A DNA stretch of 64,000 bases from Raja brachyura (GCA_963514005.1 OY740802.1:29264001-29328000), one strand, 5' to 3'; shown: positions 33,601 through 48,600, counted from the stretch's first letter. Translations and numbers: made by a program. Notes: generated by a model not told the origin, from the sequence alone.

Positions 33601-36600
33601 TGTGAATTATGGATTAAAAGTTATGAAGAGGAGTCCCAAGCGGAATTGCCACCTATCCATGTTCTCCAGAGATGCTGCCTTATTTACGACATATTGGTCC
33701 TTTAAACACAAACCACGACCAACACATCGTTTTAATGTCAAAGAAGGAAATATGTGAGGAGTACGAATGTATTTTTCCATTAACATTGCCCTTGCGTATT
33801 AAATTATTGCTAACATTATATTTGGAATGAATGAATCGTATGGCGACAGCCACAAGTGACAATAGTGCAAATGACCGGTTGTACTTGAGGAATCTAGATC
33901 AAGCCATTGAGAGAGCAGGTGAAGAGCTACATCCATTCAGTCTGATGTAGGGTCCCGACCTGAAGTATCACCTATCTATTTTCTCCAGAGATACTGCGTA
34001 ACCCGCGGAGTTACTCCACCATGTATTTTTTGGTCTCTTCCTTTTGGGGGGGAAGCGACTTTTCTTGTCGCATCCCCCGTCTCCGTCTCCATCTGCGCTG
34101 AGGCCTAATGGCGGAGCTGACAGCCTCCAACTGTGACCGACCTCGAGCCTCCGTAGACAGAGCCAGCCAGGACATACCAGCGCGAGGCTGGCCGACTTCG
34201 GGGCTGCGGCGGGTTCAGGCGTTCCGGCGGCCCGACTCGGAGCTGTGGCGGCTTTCCGGTGGCGGTGGCGGCGGCAGCGACTTCGGAGGTTCGGCTGCAG
34301 GCCCAGTGGACGACATTGTCAGGAGCTCGCAGGTCACAGGTTGGTGACCTGTTTTTCCGGAGCTCCCGCGGCAACAGCTGCGTCCGCTGGACTGGAGGGC
34401 GACAGCTTCGACCGCCCCGGGCCGCGGAGTTGAGCCGGCCCGTTCGCGGAGCGTGGTTCAGCCGCGGGACTCATTTACATCACCCGGTGCGGTCACAACA
34501 TCGGAGGCCTGAGTCGCCTCAGCGCAGAGGAAGAGGAAGAACAAGAAGGGAAGAGACAAAGACAAGATTTTTGCCTTCCATCACAGTGAGGAGGTGTCTG
34601 GTGAACTCACTGTGGTGGATGTTAAATATGTGTTTATGGTGTGTTTTGTTATTTACTATATATATGACTGCAGGCAACGAAATTTTGTTCAGACCGCAAG
34701 GTCTGAATGACAATAAAGTTTTCCATGATTCCATGATTTCCATTTTGTGCCTATTATTTTAGTTTAGTTTGGAGACACAGAGATGAAACAAGCCATTCGG
34801 CCTGGTTTTTGGAGTGTGGGATGAAACTGGAACTCCCGGGGAAAACCCATGCGGTCACAGGGAGACCGTACACACTCCGTACAGACAGGTTCCATAGTCA
34901 GAATCGAACCCTGGTATCTGCCGCTGTAAGATAGCAATTCTACAGCTGCGCAACTGTGCTGGCCTAAATTTTCTACTATTATCTCAGATTTCCAACATGT
35001 TCTATACTTTTGATTTTCACATTATTGTCAATCATTTTAGGAGCTTCTTGAAGAAGGCATGATGGACCGATTCAAGCGTGCACTGCTGGAAATGAACATG
35101 GATTCTGCAGAGGAGCTGCAGTCATACATTAACAAGCTTAGCCTGGTCATTGAGCAGACCAAGCACAGGATACTGCAGGCCGAGGTGAACGTGGAGGTGG
35201 ATGTTGTTGACACAAAGCCAGACGTAAGTGTTTGAGGGCCTTGACACCGTTTTCACTTAATATAGAACCTACATGTAGCAGCTTGAGGTTGTGGTGATAC
35301 TCCTTAGCAAGAGCTGCAAGTCTAAGAGGGGGACAGTCTGTGACAGGCTTGCAGATTGTTGTAGGCTCATCTCCACACACAGCAGAGGACAGAATAGAAA
35401 AATAAAATACGTTTTGTTGTCAGTAATCAGTAAGCAGCATAAATGTCTGGGTTAGAAACGTATATACAGGCCATTTGGTCTGACTGATCCACAGAAGTCT
35501 TTATGCTCCATTGCTCCCTACCCACAACTCCATACAATTCTTTTTTCCTCTGTCTTGTTATGTAGCCTCCTTTAGTTTAGTTTACTGTCACGTTTACTGA
35601 GGTACAGTGAACAGCTTTGGTGTTGGGTGCTGTCCAGTCAGCAGAAAGATGATAAATAATTACAATCAAGCCGTCCACAGTGTGTGGATACAGGATAAAG
35701 GGAATAATGTTTAGTACAAAATAAAGTCCTCTCGATGTCTGCCTTGGCCCACGCGATCTCCCGGTTTCCAAACATTTCAAATCTCCTTCCCATTCCCATA
35801 CTGGCCTTTCTGCCCTGGGCCTCATCCACTGTCAGGGTGTCACACGCAAATTGGAGGGACAGCAGCTCATATTTCATTTGGACAGCGCAACGCTCAGCTG
35901 TATGAACATAGATTTCTCTAATTTCAAGTAACCCCTGAATTCGGTCTCTCCCACTCCCTTGCCCACCCAAATCGTCCTACTAGTTCCACTGGTCGCATCC
36001 TTGCATCCCTTCGTAACCACCTCTTTCCCCAGCCAACAACAGGCCATTATGAGCTCCTCCGTTCCTTGGTCATCTGTTGCTGGTCCTGATTTGTTCTGGC
36101 TTTTTCTTACCCCCACTTCCCTCCCTTCTACTGTCAGTCTGAAGAAAGATCCCGACCCAAAGTTCTTTATCCATGCCAGCGGGATTTACTTGTGACATCA
36201 CATACGTGCTCTTGATTGCTATTCATTGTTTGAGCATGTCATTTGTCGTTTCATGATGTTGTTTTATCATTAACCTGATTGCCAGCAAACTTGAGATTAT
36301 GTTTAGAACAATTGTTTGGTATGGGAAAAATTGAGCTTAATTCAGATTTGCATAAATTGTGGTTAGGTCAGGTCTCAATTTTATACTCGGATGTATGGTT
36401 TTCAGTTCATCTGTGGTTATGAGTTACTTTAGAAATACTTTACTTTAGAGATATAGCACGGCCCACCGAGTCCGCTCTGACCAGCCTTCGCCCCATTCGC
36501 TAGCACTATCCTACACACACTAAGGACAATGAACCAGTTTACCTAAGCCAATTAGCATACAAACCTGTACGTCTTTGGAGTGTGGGAGGAAACCGGAGCA

Positions 36601-39600
36601 CCCAGAGAAAACCCACACTTTCACAGGGAGAACGTTCAAACTCCGTACAGACAGCACCCATAGTCACGATTGAATCCGGGCCTCGGGCGCGGTAAGACTG
36701 CTACTCTACCACTGTGCCACCCTTCATATAAAAGCAGTTAAAGAAGTTTATAGTTAAAGCAGTGTCTCCTGTGTTTATTAATGGGTTTGTTGTGACTTAT
36801 CGTGCCCAGCAGTGCAGCTGGTCGAGCTGCTGCCTCAAAGTGCAGAGACCACGGTCCAATGCTGACCTTGGCTGCTGTCTGTGGAGCTTGCACGTTCTCC
36901 CTGTGACCGTGTCGGGTTACACTGAGTGCTCCGGTTTCCTCCCACATCCTACAGACGTGCAGCTGGGTAGGCTAATTAGGTTAGTGTGTAGTGGAATCTG
37001 GGAGAAAGCCAACTAGAATATGGGGTGAATAAAATGGGTGTTTGATGGTTGGCATGGACTCGACGGGCTGAAGAGCCTCTTTCTATGCTGGATCGCAATG
37101 ACTCTCTGTGGCTCCCATTCCTTATTTTGCTCAGAAATCTTTCCTAATATTGAAGACTACTGCTGATTTACTCACTCCTTTCTCTGAAGGAAAAATAAGA
37201 ACTACTACTTTCCTGATGGGTATAGCTTAAGACCATAACACATAGGAGCAGAATTAGGTCATTCGGCCCATCAAGTCTGCTCCATAATTCAATTAGGGCA
37301 GATCTATTTTCCTCGTCAGCCCCAGGCCTTCACCCTGTAACGTTTGACACCCTTCCTAATCAAGAACCTATCAATCTCTGTTTTAAATTACCTAACGACT
37401 TGGCCTCCATAGCTGTCTGTGGCAATGAATTAGGCAGATTCACGGCCCTCTAGCTAAAGAAATTCCTCCTCTTCTCCATTGTAAAGGTACGTCCTTTTAT
37501 TCTGAGGCTGAGTCCTCTGGTCCTAGATTCTCCCACTACTAGAAACATCTTCTCCACATCCACTCTGTCTAGCCTCATTGTTATTAATTATTTTTGTTCA
37601 CCTTTTGCGGTGCCTCTCTCTTTATGTGCAGATCAGGTCTGTTCACCATATTGCAAGTGTGGTTGAACCAAGTCCAGGAGGTCATGATTAACTAAAATGC
37701 ATGTGTTTGTTGTGCCAAGTTAGCTGATACACAATGCCAGATGTGGAAGAATTCTTTATTCCTTTAATCGGAGAAGCCTCCATTGCATCAAGATATCAAA
37801 CGTTACATTTTATCACCTACCTTCCTACCCCCAATGTACCAAACAGTGCTTTGCAAGAGGAAGATTTGAGTCCTGCTCTGCTAGACATGCAAGATCTGAG
37901 CTCCAGAGTCAAGAGTGTTTAATTGTCAAAGACACAAAGTTCTGGAATAACTCAGTGGGTTAGGTAGCATCCCTGGAGAACATGGATAGGTGAAGTTTCA
38001 GTTTGGGTCGGGTCCCTTCTTCAAACTCAAAGACCTTTATTTTTGTCTGAAGGAGGGTCCCGACTCGAAACATCGCTTATCCATATTCTCCAGGAATGCT
38101 GCTTGATCTGCTGAGTTACTCCAGCACTTTTCCCTTTTCCCCCTGTAAACCAACATCTGCACTATCTCTAGTAGATGCACAACCTATTTCTAGTGTTTAA
38201 TTGCCACAATGTGTACCGACAATAGAACAGTGAAAAACTCACTTACAGCAGCACAAATGGACTGTAGATGCAATACATACAGATAATATATAATAAGCAA
38301 ACGTTCAATAATCTAATAACCACCAATACTAGTGCAAATACATCCTAAAGCAAAGTTGTTGAAGATGGGAATTCAAGGGGCTTTGCTCACTGTTTGTATT
38401 TGACTCTCATTTTGTGTTCAAACGTATTTGCAGGTTTCTGATCTGGATCAGGTATTGAATTGCGACCAGTCAATGGATGACTTGGAAGGAGTCAATGATC
38501 TGGAACAGCTTTTCCCTGAATATCAGAGTGATTTTGGAAAGCAAACCAATGTCGTTCAGGTAGGATTTCAACAGCTATTTATCCAGCACGAAACTCCCTT
38601 GTGTGTTGCGTTCCGTTTCTCAAACAAAATCCAGTGCATTGGCAATCCTACTTGCAAATGAAAATCATGTGTGGAGAAATGTATTTTTGCAGATAAATCC
38701 ATTTGTATGCTCGTGGGCTTCAGGCAAGTTGTATTTAAAGCTATCGATACCGAGCGTCAGTTCTTAATTGTGATTTTGTTGATAGTTTTAAATGAATTGA
38801 GTATTATTGATTAATGAAGATTAGATTACAACCTTAAATTGACTGCAATATTGAATTGACAGCACAGTGGTGGAGCTAGTAGAGCTGCTGGCTCACAACA
38901 TAACAGACCTGGATTCAATCCTGACTACAGGTGCTGCTTGTGTGGAGTTTACACCTTGCTCCTTGTGACCTTGTGGGTTTCCTCCTGGTGCTCTGGCTTC
39001 CTCTCCACATCTCAAAGGTTTGTAGGTTAACTGACCTCTGTCCTAATTACTTGCTCCTAATGTATAGGAAACAGATGTGAACGGGAGATTAAAGGTCGGC
39101 GTGGACTCATTGGGACGAAGGGCCTGTTTCCATGCTGTGTCCCTAAAACAAAAAACTAAGCAGGCTCGTTCTGTTGTCAGACTTGGTTCTGAAGTGTAGC
39201 AGTTAATTCACAGACACAAGACCAAGAAAATTGTGGGAATAGATTCCTGGCCGTCTCAAATCTGCCTCGCTATTCAATACCATCATAACTGATCTGTCTC
39301 TGGCTTCATCTCATCTGTGTCAGTGCCACAGTGCCCTGAATTCCCTGATCTTTCAAAAACATTCCTCATTCTTCTTTAAATACCACTCAATGATCTGGCC
39401 TCCAGATCCCACTGGGTGGAGGATTTGTCCAGGACAGGCTATTTCACCATCTCTGTACAGTAATTATTGGCATGCTCTTAAAAGGAAATAAATTAAAAAA
39501 CTAACCTGTCATTCTGATATCTCAGTCAGTTTATTTAAACGTACAGCACATCGGGTCCTTTCAGTCCATTCTGCCTGTGCCAGCCAAAAATGTTGCAATT

Positions 39601-42600
39601 AACTTCATTTCCCCTGCTTTTCCACCTTATTTGTTTCCAGTGAGAAGTGTATATCTTTAGACTTTAGAGATACAGCGTGGTAACATAGAAACATAGAAAA
39701 ATAGGTGCAGGAGTAGGCCATTCAGCTGATCATCCAACTCAGTATCCCGTACCTGCCTTCTCTCCATACCCCCGATCCCTTTAGCCACAAGTGCCACATG
39801 TAACACCCTCTTAAATATAGCCAATGAACTGGCCTCAACTACCTTCTGTGGCAGAGAATTCCAGAGACTCGCCACTCTCTGTGTAAAGAATGTTTTCCTC
39901 ATCTCGGTCCTAAAGGAATTCCCCCTTATCCTTAGACTGTGACCCCTTGTTCTGGACTCCCCCAACATCGGGAACAATCTTCCAGCATCTAACTTGTCCA
40001 ACCCCTTAAGAATTTTGTAAGTTTCTATAAGATCCCCCCTCAATCTTCTAAATTCCTGCAAGTACAAGCCGAGTCTATCCAGTCTTTCCTCATATGAAAG
40101 TGCTGACATCCCAGGACTCAGTCTGGTAAGAGGCACTTTAGTTTAGTTCAGAGAGATGCAGCGCAGAAACAGGTCCTTCGGCCCACTGGGTCTGTGTCGA
40201 CTTGCACTAACCTCCACACGATGGGACATTAAGGAGTACTGTCATATTTTTGGTCAATAATTACAAAATAATTTTTAGGATCACTAATTAGATAATCCCA
40301 AGGTGCGCTTGGAGAAAACCCAGGCGATCACCGGGAGAACTCCGTGCAGACAACACCCATAGTCAGGATTGAAGCCGGGTCTCTGGCGCTGTAAGGCAGT
40401 AGCTCGATCACTGTGCCACTCTGCCGCCTTAGTGATACTTCCCACAAAAGCCTATGAAAACAGTTAGTACAGTGATTTCTATCAGCACAAAACAAAAAGT
40501 AAAAAGCATTGGGATGATTTGAGTTTAGGCATGTAACTAAGTTTCCTATATTTGGGAGGAACAGGTAACTTAGGGCTAACGATTTCTAAATTGTTGCATT
40601 GTGGAACAAAAAAAAACTTTGCTGGAGTACCTCAACAGTTCAGGCAGCATCTCCGGAGAACATGGGTGTATGTTTTCCAGAGATGCTGCCCGACCTGCTG
40701 AGTTTCGTTCAGAGATACAGCATGGAAACAGGCCCTTCGGCCCACCCAGTCCGTGCAGACCAGCGACCCCGCCTACACTAGCACTATCCCACACACTAGG
40801 GACAATTTACAATTTTACCAAAGCCAATTAACCTACAAACCTGTTTGTCTTTGGAGTGAGGGAGGAAAATGGAGCACTTGGAGAAATCCCACACGGTCAC
40901 AGTGAGAACGTACAGGCACTGTAAGGCAGCAAATCTACTCCAGTACCTCCCGTGTTACTCTGGCACTTTGTGGATTTTTTTGTTTGTTGGTTGATGAAGG
41001 TTGTTTGAGGTGATTAGGTGGCAGCTCCAACGTTGTGTTATGGGAAATTAAGGAGGACTGTCATATGTTTGGTCAACAATTACAAAATAAATTTTAGGAT
41101 CACTAATTAGATAATCCCAAGGACAAATGGCTTAAATAGTTGCATCTCGTGTTGATTGACTGAATTACAGGTCCAATTGTGGGTGCAGGGAATCTAGATT
41201 GATGGCAGTATTATTACTCGTATCAGAAAGATCCCAGGTTATAGGCTGGAGTACCAGGAAGAGATATTTGGAATTTTTGTACATTTTAGCGTGAAATTAT
41301 GCAATTGTGATTCTCTGTTGCATATACAGAAAATGCTGCTGGATGTGGCTACACCTACGAAGGAATGAGCCAGAATTGACATTTCTAAGTCTGTCCTACA
41401 ACCAGTACATCCTAAGCCATTAATAGATGCAAAAAGCTGGAGTATCTCAGCGGGACTGAGCATCTCCGGGGAGAAGGAATGGGTGCCGTTTCGGGTCGAG
41501 ACTCTTCTTCAGACTGGTTAGGGATAAGGGAAACGAGAACTGTAGACAGTGATGTAGAGAGATAAAGCACAATGAATGAAAGATATGCAAAAAAGTAACG
41601 ATGATAAAGGAAACTGGTCATTGTAAGCTGTTTGCAGGGTGAAAATTAAAAACTAGTGCGACTTGGGTGGGGGAGGGATAGAGAGAGGGGGAATGCCGGG
41701 GCTACCTGAAGTGAGAGAAATCAATATTCATACCACTGGGCTGTAAGCTGCCCAGGCCAAATATGAGATGCTGTTCCTCCATTTTGCGTTTAGCCTCACT
41801 GACAATGGAGGAGACCTAGGACAGAAAGGCCTGTGTGGGAATGGGAAGGAGAATTAAAGTGTCCGGCAACCGGGAGATCAGGTAGGTTCCGGCGGGCTGA
41901 GCGAAGGTGTTCAGCGAAACGATCGCCCAGTCTGCGTTTGGTCTCGCCGATGTACAAGAGTCCACATCTTGAGCAACGGACACAGTAGATGAGGTTGGAG
42001 GAGGTGCCAGTGAACCTCTGCCTAACCTGGAAGTACTGTCGGGGTCCCCGGACAGAGTCGAGGGAGGAGATATAGCGACAGGTGTTGCATCTTCTGCGGT
42101 TGCAAGGGAAGGTACCTGGGGAGGGGGGTTTGGATGGGAAGGGATGAGTTAACCAGGGAGTTGCGGAGGGAACAGTCTCTGCGGAAGGTGGAAAGGGGTG
42201 GAGTTGGGAAAATGTTGCTTGTGGTGGAATCTCATTGGAGGTGGCAGAATGTTCGATGGATTATGTGTTGTGTACGAAGGCTGATGGGGTGGAAGGTGAT
42301 ATTTCAAGTTGAATGTGTGCAGTTTTGCATCTGCTTTCAATGATAGTGTAATGCAAGCAAATGTTATGCTGTGGCTTTAGAGATACAGCGTGGAAGCAGG
42401 CACTTTAGTTTAGTTTGGAGATGCAGTGCGGAAACGGGTCCTTCGGCCAACTGAGTCCACGCCGACTAGCGATCACCGCGTACATTAGCTAGGGACAATA
42501 TACAACTTACAGAAGTCAATTAACCTACAAACCTGGACGTCTTTGGAGTGTGTGAGGAAACCAGAGCTCCTGGTCACAGGGAGAACGTACAATCTCTGTA

Positions 42601-45600
42601 CTGACAGCAGCCGAAGTCAGGATTGAACCTGGGTCTCTGGTACAGTTAGGCAGCGACACTACCACTGCGCAACTATGCCATTAACTTGTGACCTGTGTAA
42701 TTAACATGGCCAATGGCCCTTCAAATGTCTCTGCATCTCTGGCCTTTGTCCACCCATCTGCCAATCAAATGCACCATCACCAGTATCCACCTATCACTTG
42801 CCTGGAATTGTCCTGCCTCCATCTCTCTTCTAGATTTCTCTCTCCCCCCCCCCACCCCTCCATTACAATCAGTCTGAAGAAGGATCCCATCTCAAAACAT
42901 CGCCTATTTATGTCCCCCAGAAATGCTGCCTGACCCGCTGAATTCCTCCAGCATTTAGTGTTTTTTTTGTAAACCGGCATCTCTACAGTTCCTTGTGACT
43001 CCACCTATCACTTGCCAGGCTTTGTCCCTCCCCAACCCATTTTCATTTTTCTGCCCCCTACTAAAGAGTCCCAGCCCAAATCGGCAACTCTTCATGTCCT
43101 CCAGAAAGACATTTAGACAGGTACATGTATAGGAAAGGTTTAGAGGGCTACGAGTCATACGCGGGCAGGTGGAACTAGTCATAGTCATAACTTGCCCACA
43201 CCAACCAACATGTTCCATCTACACGAGTACTGCCTGCTTGTGTTTGTCCCATATCCTCTAAACCGATCCTACCTACGTACCTGTCCAAATGTTTCCTAAA
43301 CATTATGATAGTACCTCCCTTAACTACTTCCAGCAACTCATTTCATGTAACACCACCCTCTGCGTTTAAAAAAACAAAAACTTGTCCCTCGAGTACCTAT
43401 TAAACCATTTCCCCCCTCATCTTGTAGTGTAGAGGGCATCTTGGTCAGCATCGGCATATTGGGCCGAGTGGCCTGTTTCAATGCTGCATGGTTCTGTGAC
43501 TTTGAGATGGGGTCAAGCCCACTGAGTTCCTCCAGCATTTTTTTTGTAAACCAGCATCTGCAGTCCCTGTATCTACCCTTCAGATTTATTTATGTTTAGT
43601 CACATCTGTTGCGTTAGTCTACTTGGGTATTGAGATATCTGGCTTGTGTTTAAAATTTGTCGTTTTAAGAATCTGTAGCAGCTTTGTGCTATTCCATTAG
43701 TGTGTCCAAGTATACATTTTGTTTTTAATGTGAATGATACCAATCTGTGAATTCATTAAAAGGAGAAAGGATTCACAGTGCCCAATATTGAATTTTACTC
43801 ATTATCAACCTCTACCTCTTTATATAGCCAATCGGACAGATGTTCAACCTTGCAGAATATCATCAGCTGCATCTGGGAAGTGAGCGCATCCGGGTTCCTG
43901 AAATTATGTTCCAGCCATCTCTGATAGGAGAGGAACAGTCTGGCATAGCCGAAACAATGCAGTATGTTCTGGACAGGTATGTCTCTTCATGTTTTATTGA
44001 ATTGTTTTAACAGCATAAGAACAGAGTGGTGGAGCGGGTGTGGCACAGTGGCACTGTGGTAGAGTTGCTGCCTCACAGCGCCAGAGACGTGACCTCGGGT
44101 GCTGTCTGTATGGGTTTTGTACGTTGTCACTGTGACTGCGTGGGTTTTCTCCAGTTGCTCTGGTTGACTCCCACATACCAAAGACGTGCAGGTTTGTAGA
44201 TTAATTGGCCGCTGCAAATTGTCCCTAGCGTACTGGATAGAACTAGTGTATAGGAAAGAACTGCAGATTCTGGCTTAAGTCGAAGGTAGACACAAAATGC
44301 TGGAGTAAGTCAGCGGGACAGCAGCATTTCTGGAGAGAAGGAATGGGTGACGTTTCTGGTCGAGACCCTTCTTCAGACTAGACTAGTTCAGGATAGAACT
44401 AGTGTACGGGTGATCATGGTCGGTGTGGGCTCGGTGGGTCGAAGGGCCTGTTTCCACACTGTATCACTAAAACTAAAACTAAGAACCAAAACAGAATAGA
44501 ACTAGGCTTACGTTTGGAAATTGGTCTGTTTATTTTCAACGTGATCAAATACCTTAAATTGCGTGTGTGGCACTATCTCTGCAGTATCTCTGTTCCACTG
44601 AGTGAGATGTTATGACAAAGCCACTAGTGAGGTTTCTGTGTGAGATGAGGGAATGCAGGACACTTGGCACCAACTGTCCACATTCACCTGACAAAGGAGA
44701 GATCTGTGACCTTGCTGTGAAATCAAGATATATTGTCGTACATCTCATTGTGATCCATTTTCCGTTTAGTTCCCTTGTTTAAAAAAAGGGTGGCACAGTG
44801 GAGCAGCGGTAGAACTGCTGCCATTGTGTGCCAGCGACGGAGTTTGTACGTTCTCCCTGTGACCGCGTGGGTTTTCTCTGGGTGCTCCGGTTTCCTCCCA
44901 CACTCCAAAGACATACAGGTTTGTAGGTTGAAGATAGACGCAAAGTGCTGGAGTAATCAGCGGGTCAGGCAGCCTCTCTGGCGAAAAAGGATGGGTGATG
45001 TTTCAGGCGAGACTGAAGAAAGGTTCCGACCCACCCATTTTCTCCACAAAATGCTGCCTGGCCCGCTGAGTTACTCCAGCGCTCTGTGCCCATCTTCAAT
45101 GTAAATCAACATCTGCAGTTCCTTCCTACACTGATTTGTAGGTTAATTGGCTTCAGTAAAAATTGTTACAATTAGTCCCTAGTGCGTAGGATAGTGCTAG
45201 TGTTAACGGGGCTCGCTGGTTGGTGCGTACATGGCGGGCTAAAACGCTCATTGCCGTGCTGCATCGTTAAACCAAGTAGAGACGGGTGATGAGTGAGTGG
45301 GTCTTGGTGTGAGACAGGATGCAAAAACGCTATCATCTTTACAATCTTTCTAAAGAACTAAGAATAGGTCGGCCAGAGTAGCGGCAGAAACAGGGTCATG
45401 CTTTTCTCTGAGTTAATCCCGTGCAGCTGGCATGTCCTATGTACCTGTCCATGGAGGCGGTGCTGTGATCATCTCCAAGGACAGCATTATCCAATTTCTA
45501 CACCTATCCTGAGAGACCTGATCTTAGTCCTTTAGCAAAAACGATAGGAAGAAAGATAGCGATTTTTGTCAGATCAAGTCCCATACAATGCTGAGAACTA

Positions 45601-48600
45601 TATTCTGCACTCTCTATCCTCCCCTTTGCTCCACCTATTGTACTGTCATAGTCATGCAGTGTGAAAACAGGTCCTTCGTCCCCACTTGCCTACCCTGGCC
45701 AACATGTTCCATCTACAGTAGTCCCATCTGCCAGTGTAAAAGCTTCAAAAGGTCCATACTGTTGGGATGTGTCACAGCTTGGTTTGGGAACAGCTCTCCC
45801 CAGAAATTGCAAAGAGTTGTCGATGTAGCCCAGCCTGTCACACAGACCAAACCTCCCACCATTGACTCCATCTACACTCCACATCAAAAACGCAGCTAGT
45901 ATAATCGAAGACGTCACACTTGGGTCATTTCTTCATCTCTCCCTGCTCCTGTCCGGCAGAAGGTGCAGAAGCTTGGAAGCATGCACCTCCAGTCATAGGA
46001 ACAGGTTCTTCCCCTCTATTATCAGGCTTCTGAACGGTCCATCCATGAGCGAGGGTGCGGTTCACCACTACTTCACTGAGGTCTATGGAAAGGGTCCACT
46101 GTAATGCTGAAGACTATATTCTGGCCCTGTATCTCCCCCATTGCTCTACCTATTGTACTTGAATCTTGACATGATTGCATTTGTGTTGAGTATTATCTGA
46201 TCTGACTGGATAATATGTAAAACAAACCTTTTCTCTGTACTTCAGTGGAGGTGACAATAATAAACCTAAGCCTACACTTCAAACCTGGCTTTTACACTGG
46301 TATTGTACTGGCCTTCTCTATTTGGATAAAGAAGCTGCTATTCTGAACTAAAGAATTTGTAAAGCAAAAAGATCATTGGTGCCTTGGGCTAGATGGTAGA
46401 AACATAGAAAATAGGTGCAGGGGTAGGCCATTCGGCCCTTCGAGCCTGCACCGCCATTCAATATGATCATGGCTGATCATCCAATGCTGATTGTGATGGT
46501 GGCTGATGAGTTTTCTTTTTCATGGCACTGTTTGTTTAATTGCATGAGGAACCAGCTATAGAGCAGCATAATGGTGCCCACCTCAATACAATAATGATTG
46601 ACTCTGCAAGTAAGCAGACTTAAAATACTTGGCTGAATATCCATTTCTTTTAAGGCTGATCAAGAAGGATATCAATTCCACAACCCAAAACTTGGCAATC
46701 GTGTCTTAAACATTTGTTCACCCGTACTCATTCATCTTGTACGAGGATGGATTTATGATTGCAAGTAGAATAGAAATATTAGGTTTTTGCATTAAATTAT
46801 ATCTGAGATATGTGAACAAGATGGCTTATGTTGATTAGTTTAGTTTAGAGATACAGCGTGGAACAGGCCCATCGGGTCTGCGCCCAACCGATGATCAACC
46901 GTACACTAGTTCTATCCTACACACTTGGGACCATGTACAGAAGCCAATTAACCTACAAACCTGTACGTCTTTGGAAAGTGCGAGGAAACCGGAACACCTG
47001 GAGAGAACCCATGCGGTCACAAGGATGACATGCAAACTCCGTACAGACAGTGCCCGTAGTCGGGACAGAACCTGGGTTTCTGGCGCTGTTCGGCAGCACC
47101 TCTACCACCGATTAGTTATTTAACATTGCACTGTAAAATTGCCACAGTGATTGCAACGTGGGTTTCTGGTCTTTGCTGCACTGTGAAATGATGGGGCAGT
47201 GCAGAGTGTGATTCAAGGCACATGTATGCCACCCTGTCCATTGAGCCCATTGTGGAGCTGATTAATTAGTCTCAGTCCCCATCCTTTTCTTGCGGCACTG
47301 CAAATTATTTTCCCTCGCGCTCATCTAATTTCTCTGTAAAAGCCCTGATTGACTTTTTCCACCTTCATTGCAGGCAGTAAATTCCACATCAGAACCAAAC
47401 TTTAAAAACAAAAAATCCTCACATTCCCTGCGCATCTGAATTCAAGATGGCGCCAAAGCTTTATTTCAACAGATTCCCTATATCTTGTATCTGTACACTG
47501 TGGATGGCTCGATTGTAATCATGTATAATCTTTTCGCTGACTGGATATGCATGCAACAAAAAAGCTTTTCACTGCACCTTGGTTCAGGTAACAATAATAA
47601 ACTAAACTTGTCTTTTGCCCGTCAGTTTGAATCTGTCCATCTGCTAATTGGAAACAGCTTCTATCATCTAATGGCCCTGTCCCACTGTACGAGTTCATTC
47701 AAGTGCTCTCCCGAGTTTTAAAAAAAACTTAAAACTTGTAGTAAGCATGTAGAATGAACGTAGTGGGTACGTCGGAGTTCGGGAACGTCTCTTAGCGGCT
47801 CGTAACGTTAACGGCAGGTACTTGGGAAACGCGCTAAGCTCGGGAAGACTCGGGAAGATTTTTCAACATGTTGAAAAATGTCCACGAGAGCCCCGAGTAC
47901 TGACGAGCGGCCATTACCGTAAATCTCCGAGTTCGAATCAGGGCAAACTCGGGAGAACTCTTTGAATGAACTCGTACAGTGGGACAGGGCTTTAAATCTA
48001 AACTTACCACAACCTTGTGCAGCTCCGTCTAATCTCTTGGTGCCCCTTGAGATGGCAGAGTACTAGGTAAACAAACCCTAGCTGTGAGTCAACCTCAGAA
48101 TAACCTTGGGAGGAAGTCATTGATAGAACTTTCATCGCTTGTACAAAACATGACATGATCATGGACGAGTGAGTCGAAGAAAGATTGAAAACTGCAACAG
48201 AAAAAATAGATTAATGAGTTCATAAGTTATAGGAGGAGAATTAGGCAATTTGGCCCATCAAGTCTACTCTGCCATTCAGTCATGGCTGATCTGTCTTTCC
48301 CTCGCTTGACTTAACAAAATTCCTCATCTAAACGTATGTCCTTTTATTCTGAGGCTATGCTATCAGGTCTTCAATTCACCCACTAATGGAAACATCCTCT
48401 CCACATCTACTCTATCCAGGCCTTTTACTATTCCGTAAGTTTCAACAAGATTTTCCCCCCTCAAACTTCTAAACTCCTGCAAGTACAGGCCCAGTGCTAT
48501 TAAACGTTCACCATATGCCAACCCAACCATTCTTGTAAACTTCTGAATCCTCTCCAATGCCAGCGCATCCCTCCTCGGATATAGGGCCAGAAATTGCTCT

